Shown: positions 18,164-26,131, counted from the first letter of the stretch. The stretch: 28,011 bases of DNA from a virus (IMGVR_UViG_3300014656_006068:1-28011), one strand, 5' to 3'. The notes: a model not told the origin generated them from the letters alone. Translations and numbers: made by a program.

Positions 18164-19339
18164 CTATTTCATAGAGGCTAATTCAAAGTCATCGTCTCCT
18201 AAATTATATTTTTTCTTGAAGTAATCTTTACTAAAATTAATCCCAATATCACTAAGTATCTTATCTCTACCAGCAGTCTCCTCAGTAATCCGCTCTTTCT
18301 TCGTCAGCTTCACACGAATCTTCTTATCACGGTTACTGAGCGAAGTCGAAGTACCATAATTCAACTCAGTATAATAATCAAACATCTGATTCAATGCACC
18401 CTCAATAATCTTCTTATCACTAATCCCGATATATTCAAGCATTTGTCTATGAACATCACTAGCCTTGTAACTTCCACTATTTCCAACATCAATAGTAAGA
18501 GTAACAGACAACACAGCTTTAGAGATTTCCTTATTCTGAAACTCCACCATCTTTTCAAACATTTGACCAACATCATAAGTTGTCTGCTCTTTAATCTCAA
18601 TCTGTTGCGACACTCCACGAGTAGCAACATTGTTTTCAATCATTTCCAATAAGTCATCAATAACAGCTTCTTTTTCTGTAGGAGTAGCAGTATCAGAAAC
18701 AACCCCAATCAAATATGGGATTCCAAACTTTTCAATTAACTGCACCCAGCTTTCAATTGATGATTGCTTCAACTTCACTGGCCAATAACAGCGACTCAAT
18801 ATCTTTTCACCGTATGGATTACTAAACGTTGGCTGATGCCTTGCCAAAATAAATTTATACTTAGGCACTTCCACCAATTTATTTAATCCACGGCGGCTGA
18901 GCGGAGTCGAAGCCCCTTCAACAATCTTCAACTCATTGTCTTTATCAAAGGCAAACCACTCTTGAGGCTTTGCGATAATTTCAGTTGGTACAATTTTTCC
19001 ATTACTTTTCATCCACAATATTTCAGAAACACTAAACCCATACAAAATTGAATCTAGCATTTGACTCATGATATTCTGCATAGGAAATCTTCTCATTATC
19101 TCAATTCCTTCATTACGCAGTTGCTCGCTTTCACTCTCAACTTCCCATCCCATTTGCAACACTTGCATTTTCCTTTGAAGTATCGTTGCAGTCAAATGAG
19201 GGTCAATCAGCAAATCCCTATAAATAGAAAGGTCATTCCCATTCTGTTCAAGAATCTTATCTGGATCTGGAAGAATATTCCCAATCATCCCAAGAAAAGT
19301 ATTCTCCCTCTTCAAATACTCCATATATAACTTGCTCAT
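18164..19339 (-). CDS. Mu gp29-like portal protein (DUF935)
   Basis: YRDLLIDPHL...RK, DSILYGFSVSEILW, NPYGEKILSRCYWP, EKFGIP, NKEISKAVL, SYKASDVH. GAGG RBS. Confidence 0.9.
   Translation of the reverse strand: MSKLYMEYLKRENTFLGMIGNILPDPDKILEQNGNDLSIYRDLLIDPHLTATILQRKMQVLQMGWEVESESEQLRNEGIEIMRRFPMQNIMSQMLDSILYGFSVSEILWMKSNGKIVPTEIIAKPQEWFAFDKDNELKIVEGASTPLSRRGLNKLVEVPKYKFILARHQPTFSNPYGEKILSRCYWPVKLKQSSIESWVQLIEKFGIPYLIGVVSDTATPTEKEAVIDDLLEMIENNVATRGVSQQIEIKEQTTYDVGQMFEKMVEFQNKEISKAVLSVTLTIDVGNSGSYKASDVHRQMLEYIGISDKKIIEGALNQMFDYYTELNYGTSTSLSNRDKKIRVKLTKKERITEETAGRDKILSDIGINFSKDYFKKKYNLGDDDFELASMK
18330..18353 (+). repeat. Repeat family C copy 2, in frame in portal (TSTSLSNR)
   Basis: cggttactgagcgaagtcgaagta. 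Confidence 0.8.
18891..18914 (+). repeat. Repeat family C copy 3, in frame in portal (ASTPLSRR)
   Basis: cggcggctgagcggagtcgaagcc. Confidence 0.8.
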
Positions 19340-19345
19340 AAAAAC

Positions 19346-19477
19346 CTCTTAATCTTAATTCCTAATCTTACTCTTAATCCATCCTTGCCCCGTGGAATGC
19401 TCTTTCTTTTCCTATTCCATCGGGGTTTCTGCTCTATCCGTTCTTATCAGTCTAATCCGTTCAATCCGCGTGCTATT
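19346..19477 (+). repeat. Composite repeat between TerL and portal: TCTTAA-like hexamer run, family D hairpin (19388-19425), family B copy (19431-19477)
   Basis: ctcttaatcttaattcctaatcttactcttaatc; ccccgtggaat-N15-attccatcgggg; 47-bp match to 2414-2460. Confidence 0.75.
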
Positions 19478-19481
19478 CTTG

Positions 19482-20861
19482 TCAGTAAATTTTCTTTCTT
19501 CTATACTTCCTACTAATCGGTCTAGGAATCTCCACCCTAACAACACTATTCCTCAAATATTCCAGAGCTTGGCTCATACTATCCACCATATCATCAAACT
19601 CCCCATTCGGAAAATCCTCACACTCATCTAAAAACTTATTCACATGCTCACTTAATACATACAGCGTTACATTCCCAGCTTCGATTATTGGTGTAATGGA
19701 ATGCACACGACTAATCTTATCGCTGCTAACTTTTATAGCCTTTATCGGTAATACCGTTTCTCTCTGCAACTCTTGAATTAAACTAATTCCGCTTGCTTTG
19801 TCCTCGATAATTATTTCATTCGGCTTAAACAATTCATTCAATTCAATTACCTTTTTCTTTAACTCTGGAAACTCCAACCTCTCTCTAAAAATGTCTATTA
19901 AAGTATATCTATTATTCCAAACCTCCCAAGTAGTGCACACAGAAAAATCATTCTCTTGATTCTTCTTAAAAGCAGTATCCCAACTCTGTATAATCCTTAG
20001 TGCCTTTCCGGCTTTGCGGTTTTCTTCAGTGTTTATTCTATCTATTACTCCAAACCATTCACGTTTAATAATCCTTTCAGTATTGGCATCCACAAACAAA
20101 CCATAAATCTCTTGGTCCCTTAATGCTGGAGATATTTCACTCGCAAGCTCATCAATCTCAGCTTTATCAAGCATGGGATTATCATAACTCGAATAATTAT
20201 ATGACTTCCAATTACTTACTTTTTCGGCTTCCTCTGGAAACAAATCACCTTGCTTTGCTTTCTGCAATTCTTTCATATCCGCAAAAGTCTCCCCATTTTC
20301 AAGGGGGAGATTTAGAGGGGGTTTTCCTTTCTTAAATAGCTTATAAAACAAATGCTCTTTCCCTCTATATTTCTTTCCCTTTGGAGTTCCCCCAATAATA
20401 GCATCAGCCTTATAATCCAACATCATTGGACGAATAGATTCCAACCATAAATTTTCATTCTTTAATATTATTCCAGCTTCATTTATTATTATTAAATTAT
20501 ATCCAAATCCCTCAATATTTTCTGGTCTATCAGAAGAACGAAAATCTATTATTGCTTCTTTCTCCGTAAACAGTTTAATCTCATTTCTGGATTTATTCCA
20601 ATCCATATATCCTTTAGGCAAGTGCCTTAAAATAGGCATAGCGTAACGCTCAATGTATCTTTGAATGTTTGGGTAAGTAGTATCAACCCAAAGTATCTTT
20701 TCCCCCTTGCCATTCAATGCACGCTCAACAGCATAATTTATCATTCCCTTAGTCAAACCAAAACGCCGACCTTTAGCAATAACTTTGAACCTAACATCAT
20801 CACGAAAGAATATCTCATCTTGTTTTTCGTGATATTCTATTTCAACTAATTTATCACTCAT
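19482..20861 (-). CDS. terL: Terminase large subunit
   Basis: Q motif (HEKQ), AKGRRFGLT, IIINEAG, GTPKG, SSYDNP; RNase H-like nuclease SWDTAFK...NDFSV, IIEDKASG, FPNGEFDDMVDSMSQ. Confidence 0.93.
   Translation of the reverse strand: MSDKLVEIEYHEKQDEIFFRDDVRFKVIAKGRRFGLTKGMINYAVERALNGKGEKILWVDTTYPNIQRYIERYAMPILRHLPKGYMDWNKSRNEIKLFTEKEAIIDFRSSDRPENIEGFGYNLIIINEAGIILKNENLWLESIRPMMLDYKADAIIGGTPKGKKYRGKEHLFYKLFKKGKPPLNLPLENGETFADMKELQKAKQGDLFPEEAEKVSNWKSYNYSSYDNPMLDKAEIDELASEISPALRDQEIYGLFVDANTERIIKREWFGVIDRINTEENRKAGKALRIIQSWDTAFKKNQENDFSVCTTWEVWNNRYTLIDIFRERLEFPELKKKVIELNELFKPNEIIIEDKASGISLIQELQRETVLPIKAIKVSSDKISRVHSITPIIEAGNVTLYVLSEHVNKFLDECEDFPNGEFDDMVDSMSQALEYLRNSVVRVEIPRPISRKYRRKKIY
20288..20325 (+). 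repeat. Repeat family A copy 2, in frame in TerL (KPPLNLPLENGE)
   Basis: tctccccattttcaagggggagatttagagggggtttt. Confidence 0.8.
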
Positions 20862-21204
20862 TTTTCTTGCTCTCAGTTTTTAATTTCTTTTCACCCAGTT
20901 CCACAATCTTTCTAATAATAGTTAATTCAGATTTTCCCTCAGTCTCAATCTTTTCTTTTTGCCCTAACATTATTTTACCCAACCAAATTAGTAAAGCTGG
21001 ATTTCCTTTCAATGCTACTTGAATTTGTTTCCTTCTTAACTTAGTTTTTACGTTTAATCTCCCTTTTGCAAGAAATTCGTAAAAACTATTCCTAATAGTT
21101 CCTTCAGACACATTAAAATATTCCGCAATTTCTGTATTATTTAGTCCGTATTCAGCTAATTGCTGCACTTTACTACCATCTATTTCTTTCTTTGGTCTTG
21201 CCAT
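20854..21204 (-). CDS. Probable terminase small subunit (HTH)
   Basis: MARPKKEID...LNNTEIAEYFNVSEGTI...LLIWLGK; overlaps the TerL start. GGAG RBS before ATG 21204; the ORF track starts at 21228. Confidence 0.78.
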   Translation of the reverse strand: MARPKKEIDGSKVQQLAEYGLNNTEIAEYFNVSEGTIRNSFYEFLAKGRLNVKTKLRRKQIQVALKGNPALLIWLGKIMLGQKEKIETEGKSELTIIRKIVELGEKKLKTESKKNE

Positions 21205-21244
21205 TTCTAACTCCAAATAATAAAGCAATTAGTTTATAATTTAC

Positions 21245-21286
21245 TTGACATTATAATACAAATAGTTTATTTTAAAATCAACTATT
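21245..21286 (+). promoter_or_regulatory. Capsid-operon promoter with an overlapping palindromic operator in the divergent intergenic region
   Basis: TTGACA (21245-21250), 17-bp spacer, TATTTT; palindrome AATAGTT-T-ATTTTAAAAT-C-AACTATT (21261-21286). Confidence 0.55.
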
Positions 21287-21334
21287 ATTTAGATTTAATC
21301 TTAATAAGATATTTTTACAAACAATGAGGTTAAT

Positions 21335-22354
21335 ATGAAACTCGAAATCTTTAAGGTCGGAAAACACACTTCCTCTAGCGGAGTTACTAAGGATTATACC
21401 TTAGACGACCTAAACTCAATCATTCTTAATCACAAAGAGCCAACTCCAATTGTCGTAGGGCATCCAAAAACTAATTCTCCAGCTTTCGGTTGGATTAAAA
21501 ATTTGTTTATCAAAGGCGAATCACTTTTTGCCGAAGCCTCAGATCTCGTTCCAGAATTCTTAGAATTAATAAAGCAAAAGATTTATAAGAACCGCTCTGT
21601 TTCTCTTACGCAAAATGAGGATGGAACACTTTCATTGAATCATGTCGGTTTTCTTGGTGGAGTCTTACCAGCAGTTAAAGGCTTAGCAGAATTAAATCTT
21701 AATGCTGATGAATCTGGATCTTTCGAAATGGAATTTTCTGCAATTGAACTTGATGAATCAGAAGAAACAACTCCAACAGAAAAGCAAGACAAGGTATCCC
21801 CATTTTCAAGGGGGACTGAAGGGGGTTCTGAAACTGAACCAAACATTTTTTCATTAGAACAATTCAATTCTCTAAAATCTGACGTTGCAAAAATTGTTGA
21901 GTTTATGGAAAGTTTTCCTAATCAAAATAATTCAACTTTGGAAACAGAACTTCAATCTAAAATCAATGAGCTTAATGTAAAAATTGATGCAGCTTATTTC
22001 CAAAAGAATATGATCGATAAACTAAACTTCGATAGCCTTACACCAGCTATCAAAAACAAGCTTCTTATTCTGCTTAGTCATTTCCAGTCTTTAGATTTTG
22101 CAAATGATGAACAAACAAAAATCGTTTCTGATTTCCAAGAGCTTGCTGATTTAATTCAACCATTCCAAACAGATGAAGTTCTTAAGAAAGTTGAATTTAC
22201 ACAGAAAAAGAAAACTTCAAATGAGTTTTCTCAAATGAATGTTGATGAAGAATCCTTACAGCTTTTTAATGATGCAACCCAACTTTCAGAAGAAGAAGCA
22301 ATTTCTTTCAACGAAGCTTTAAATATTTTAATCAATAAAAAAGGTGAGGTATAA
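21335..22354 (+). CDS. Mu gpI-like prohead protease/scaffold
   Basis: EIFKVGKH, PIVVGHP, PAFGWIK, YKNRSVS, LNHVGFLGGVLPAVKGL, followed by an acidic helical scaffold-like C-terminus; directly upstream of the capsid gene. Confidence 0.85.
   Translation: MKLEIFKVGKHTSSSGVTKDYTLDDLNSIILNHKEPTPIVVGHPKTNSPAFGWIKNLFIKGESLFAEASDLVPEFLELIKQKIYKNRSVSLTQNEDGTLSLNHVGFLGGVLPAVKGLAELNLNADESGSFEMEFSAIELDESEETTPTEKQDKVSPFSRGTEGGSETEPNIFSLEQFNSLKSDVAKIVEFMESFPNQNNSTLETELQSKINELNVKIDAAYFQKNMIDKLNFDSLTPAIKNKLLILLSHFQSLDFANDEQTKIVSDFQELADLIQPFQTDEVLKKVEFTQKKKTSNEFSQMNVDEESLQLFNDATQLSEEEAISFNEALNILINKKGEV
21797..21827 (+). repeat. Repeat family A copy 3, in frame in the protease-scaffold linker (SPFSRGTEGG)
   Basis: tccccattttcaagggggactgaagggggtt. 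Confidence 0.8.
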
Positions 22355-22356
22355 TC

Positions 22357-23277
22357 ATGCCTGGTACTTTAGATGCACGCCGTATAGTTGACCCCGTTTT
22401 AACACAGTTAGCTCGTGTTTATTCAAACAATGGTTTAGTAGCAAACTACTTATTTCCGTTAGTTTCTGTAAATAAGGAGGGAGGTAAAATTCCTCAGTTT
22501 ACAAAAGAAGCTTTCAAAATTTACAACACAGAAAGAGCAATTCGTGCAGACTCTAATCGAATTAATCCAACTGTAAACACTACAATCGATTTCGTTCTTA
22601 CTGAACACGATTTAGAATATCCTATGGATTATCGGGAGATTAACGAAGATATGCTAAATCTTAAAATGCACGCAACAAATGTTGTTACCGATGCTATCGC
22701 ACTACGTAAAGAAAAGCTTTGTGCCAACATGGCTCAAAACGCTTCGCTTTTTGCAGCAACCAATAAAGTGACTTTAGCAGCTGCAGATCAATTCAATGCT
22801 TCAACATCAGATCCAATTGCAACAATAGACACAGCTCGTTCAGCAGTCCGTTCACAGATCGCTAAAAATCCGAATGTTATTGTAATGTCTAACGCTGTTT
22901 TCGTTGCTCTTAAAAATCACGCCGCTATTACTGATAAAGTGAAATATACTCAACACGCAGTAATCACAGCCGATTTACTAAAACAACTTTTGCAATTTGA
23001 TGCGCTTTATGTCGCTTCTGCTGTTTATGAAGATGAAAGCGGTGTTCTACAAGATGTTTGGACTGACTCTGTTGTTCTTGCTTATGTTCCCGAAGCTAAA
23101 CAATCACGATCTTTTTATGAGCCTAGTTTTGGTTACACTTTGCAAATGAAAAACTTTCCAATCGTTGATACATACGACGAAAAAGGAAAAGTTAAAATCG
23201 TAAGAAACACAGACCTTTTCGTTCCTAAAATCGTTGGTGCTGATGCTGGTTATTTAATAATCGATTGTTTGTCTTAA
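22357..23277 (+). CDS. Major capsid protein
   Basis: 306 aa. RIVDPVLTQLA...LFPLVSV.KEGGKIP.F, PNVIVM, LKNH, EPSFGYT, AGYLI; lies between the protease and the cement gene. Confidence 0.88.
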   Translation: MPGTLDARRIVDPVLTQLARVYSNNGLVANYLFPLVSVNKEGGKIPQFTKEAFKIYNTERAIRADSNRINPTVNTTIDFVLTEHDLEYPMDYREINEDMLNLKMHATNVVTDAIALRKEKLCANMAQNASLFAATNKVTLAAADQFNASTSDPIATIDTARSAVRSQIAKNPNVIVMSNAVFVALKNHAAITDKVKYTQHAVITADLLKQLLQFDALYVASAVYEDESGVLQDVWTDSVVLAYVPEAKQSRSFYEPSFGYTLQMKNFPIVDTYDEKGKVKIVRNTDLFVPKIVGADAGYLIIDCLS

Positions 23278-23289
23278 ATGAGGTAATGT

Positions 23290-23571
23290 ATGTATTTAGT
23301 TAAAGACACTTCAATTTTTTCAAACAAAAAGCTCTACAAAGTAGGGGACAAGTTCCCTTACTCTGATAGCGAAAAACATTTACTTTGGAATCTTACAGAG
23401 ATCACCGAGCCATATAGTACAACGGTCGCTGAGCGGAGCCGAAGCGAAGAAAAAGCTCCAAAAGAAACAGAAACTTTTGAAGCTCCAAAAGTTGATGAAT
23501 TAAACTCTGAAACTGAAACGCCAAAAATTGAAGCTCAAAATCCTAAATCTAAATCACGTAAAAAACAATAA
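23290..23571 (+). CDS. Small capsid-operon protein with a charged, disordered tail
   Basis: GAGG RBS; position directly after the capsid gene; contains repeat C in frame (VAERSRS). Confidence 0.72.
   Translation: MYLVKDTSIFSNKKLYKVGDKFPYSDSEKHLLWNLTEITEPYSTTVAERSRSEEKAPKETETFEAPKVDELNSETETPKIEAQNPKSKSRKKQ
23423..23446 (+). repeat. Repeat family C copy 4
   Basis: cggtcgctgagcggagccgaagcg. Confidence 0.8.
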
Positions 23572-23595
23572 AAATAATTTAAGGAATTATATAAA

Positions 23596-24012
23596 ATGAA
23601 AACTGAACAATTAACCTTAATCACTTCAATCACTGCAGCTGCAACTTTAACCAAAAACCTTTTCGTTGGTTTTGATGGTGCTTTGTGTTCAGCCGATGCA
23701 AAAGCTCTAGGTGTCTGTAATGCTGACACTTTAATCGGTGAACAAATGCCAATCTCTGTTTCTGGTATTGCACTTGTTTATTCTGGTGGTGCTGTTACTG
23801 TTGGTACAAGTGTTTCATCCGACTCAGCTGGAAAAGCCGTTGCTTCAACTGTTCTTTCTGCAACCGTTCCAAGTACTGGAACTGCTGTAACTTCTTCGTC
23901 TGCTCAACCCGAAATGGATATTGCTGGTTCTGTTTTACCACAAGCAATAAATGGTTTTGCTCTTGATGTAGCTTCTGGGGCTGATGAACTTATTCGCGTA
24001 CTTATAAAATAA
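23596..24012 (+). CDS. Capsid cement/decoration protein (DUF2190-like)
   Basis: Ala/Gly/Val-rich: FVGFDG...ALGV...GEQMPI...G.A.V.SGGAVTVG..V.SDSAGKAV...GFALD.A...ELIRV. Confidence 0.82.
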   Translation: MKTEQLTLITSITAAATLTKNLFVGFDGALCSADAKALGVCNADTLIGEQMPISVSGIALVYSGGAVTVGTSVSSDSAGKAVASTVLSATVPSTGTAVTSSSAQPEMDIAGSVLPQAINGFALDVASGADELIRVLIK

Positions 24013-24024
24013 GGAGAAACCAGA

Positions 24025-25329
24025 ATGAGAAAACTACGTAGTTACTTAAAATCATTAGGTAGTGACATTGCTACTAAAAATTATATTGTTGATGGTGAAT
24101 TCCCTGGTGATTGCATAATATGGGATAACTCAATTCTTAAAGGTGTTCGTCTAATGGTCGACCCAGTTTATGGCAACGACAACAATGATGGAACAACTTG
24201 GGATACTGCATTCAAATCAATATACAAAGCTCTAAATGTAATACCCGAAGACTTGAAAGGCAGACACGCTTTAATTCTTTTGCATCCTGGTGAACATCTA
24301 GTCAATGAAGATGAAGTTCCAACTATCAAGAATAAAAATGGTGTTGTTCGTTTAGTTTGGGTTGGAACCTTCATCAACAAATCTGAAGGCAAAACTGATA
24401 TAAATGGTTATTACAATTGGGTTAGAAATGGTAAGGATAATCCAGTCAGAAATAATAATCAAGTAATAATAAAATTTGCAGACAATGCTACTGATACATG
24501 GTCTTTACTAAATGCATTTGATACGAGTGTTAAATCTTTAGGAATATCTTTTGAAGCACGTGATTTTAATTACGCTTTTAATCAAGTGGGTTTTGCCTAT
24601 TGGGATAAATTTGTTTTTCAAGGATATGAAGGTAGAACTCCAACTTCATATCCAGCGCTACTATATTTTGAAGGCGTTGGTTGGGGTCAAGATCCTCCAA
24701 TCACTTTAGACCTTAGAGACTCAAGGATTGCTTGTGTCTTTACTCGTGTCAATGGTTTCATCTGTAATATGAAAGTAATTGGTGGTAGTGGTGAGGCTTC
24801 AACAAGCACAAGTTATTGGAGAAGTATAATTCATTTAGGTGAAGGCTCTGATTTTTATGTTAAAAATGTAAGCGTTGCATTTGCTACTGGCTATGAACCA
24901 GAAAATGGCAAACACTATAATTTCACAAATTTCAAATCGAATTTTATGAGTGTCTTTCCTAGTGGTGGTGGCGGTAGGATTATAATGGATCACTTAAGTA
25001 CTTCCAAAATCCAAGTAGATAATTCTGCAATTGGCGATGTCAAACCTGGTCTATACTTAACCGATTCAACAATAGCGGGGTCAAAAGTAGAATACAACAA
25101 CTCAATATTTAATTTCACAGACACAGCTACAAATCAGCATACTGTAAAAGAATATAATGACTTGAATGCTTTAATAAGTTCCAAAATTTATCTAAGTCCT
25201 AAAATAATTGATGATAATGGCAACTTTAAATATTTAGGCGGCGCAATCTTTACCTTGCCTTCTGCAGACCCAACTATTGCGGGTGCTTTATGGAATGATA
25301 GCGGAACAGTTAAAGTTTCAGCTGGTTAA
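24025..25329 (+). CDS. Putative virion fibre/spike (beta-rich)
   Basis: VDPVYGNDNNDGTTWDTAFKSIYKAL...LHPGEH (cap motif that usually precedes beta-helices); C-terminal LPSADPTIAGALWNDSGTVKVSAG; AGGAG RBS; last gene of the capsid operon. Confidence 0.6.
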   Translation: MRKLRSYLKSLGSDIATKNYIVDGEFPGDCIIWDNSILKGVRLMVDPVYGNDNNDGTTWDTAFKSIYKALNVIPEDLKGRHALILLHPGEHLVNEDEVPTIKNKNGVVRLVWVGTFINKSEGKTDINGYYNWVRNGKDNPVRNNNQVIIKFADNATDTWSLLNAFDTSVKSLGISFEARDFNYAFNQVGFAYWDKFVFQGYEGRTPTSYPALLYFEGVGWGQDPPITLDLRDSRIACVFTRVNGFICNMKVIGGSGEASTSTSYWRSIIHLGEGSDFYVKNVSVAFATGYEPENGKHYNFTNFKSNFMSVFPSGGGGRIIMDHLSTSKIQVDNSAIGDVKPGLYLTDSTIAGSKVEYNNSIFNFTDTATNQHTVKEYNDLNALISSKIYLSPKIIDDNGNFKYLGGAIFTLPSADPTIAGALWNDSGTVKVSAG

Positions 25330-25344
25330 TAAGACAATTCAAAA

Positions 25345-25373
25345 CGGTGCTTAATCGCACCGCTTATTTCTTT
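25345..25373 (+). terminator. Rho-independent terminator of the capsid operon
   Basis: CGGTGC-TTAATC-GCACCG followed by CTTATTTCTTT, 15 nt after the stop. Confidence 0.6.
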
Positions 25374-25383
25374 GAGGTCTATT

Positions 25384-25497
25384 TTGAAAACTTGTTTATC
25401 AAATTTTTGTAATGGTACAATCCTAAAAATCGTCAAAGCACTTACAATAATAATGTCTTTGTCACTTGGGCTTGGTACAATAACTTATTTATATTGA
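25384..25497 (+). CDS. Small single-TM peptide, 37 aa, not in the ORF track (MKTCLSNFCNGTILKIVKALTIIMSLSLGLGTITYLY)
   Basis: GAGG at 25374-25377, TTG start; its TGA stop overlaps the GAGG RBS of the next gene; hydrophobic C-terminal half. Confidence 0.5.
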   Translation: MKTCLSNFCNGTILKIVKALTIIMSLSLGLGTITYLY

Positions 25498-25507
25498 GGT
25501 CAATAAA

Positions 25508-25987
25508 ATGGCCATCCTAATCGTTTTTATATTATTTTGGGTGTTAATCTACTACATAGAAGGAACTCACGATGCTTATATAACAAAAGAAACTAATGAG
25601 CATCCATCAGCAAAGAATGCTTCCCTTGCTAACTTCTATAAAGGCAAATGGCATACTTGGGATACTTATCAGTTCGCAATTTTACATACTGTAATTGCTT
25701 CACTCCTTGCTATCGCAATGTCGTGTGCGCAATTCGTTTTTGATTTTCACTTTGTACTTCTAACTCTTAGTTTAATTTGTATTTCTGTTTCAATAAGAAT
25801 AATTGCACATGATTTATTTTATGATTTAGGAATGAAACGTTCTAATTTTACTATTCCAACTTGCCAAGGCTCTTGGGATTGGTGGGATTGCTTCATCGTT
25901 TGGCTTAATAATCATGTTGGTATTCCACCTCTTTTTTTAAGATTCATTCCACTAATTCTATCAATAATATTTTATCTATTTATATAA
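25508..25987 (+). CDS. Multi-pass membrane protein of unknown function
   Basis: 159 aa with about four hydrophobic segments; WHTWD and HDLFYD...WDWWD motifs; GAGG RBS. Confidence 0.75.
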   Translation: MAILIVFILFWVLIYYIEGTHDAYITKETNEHPSAKNASLANFYKGKWHTWDTYQFAILHTVIASLLAIAMSCAQFVFDFHFVLLTLSLICISVSIRIIAHDLFYDLGMKRSNFTIPTCQGSWDWWDCFIVWLNNHVGIPPLFLRFIPLILSIIFYLFI

Positions 25988-26131
25988 TATATTTTGTAAG
26001 CGTTATGTTCATTTGGACGGATGGACAAACCAAAACCTATTTACACCCATATATTTTAATAATTGCTTTTATAGCCTATAATCACACCTTTTAATAAATA
26101 TATCACTGAAAAACATGAAAATATCATCACT

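Noticed and set aside
19392-19631. 79-aa plus-strand ORF
   Set aside because: It is a translation of repeats D and B plus TerL antisense.
18164-24012. Transposable Mu-like prophage
   Set aside because: Head genes are Mu-like, but there is no MuA/MuB, gam, mor or tail gene, and the gene order is divergent rather than Mu-collinear.
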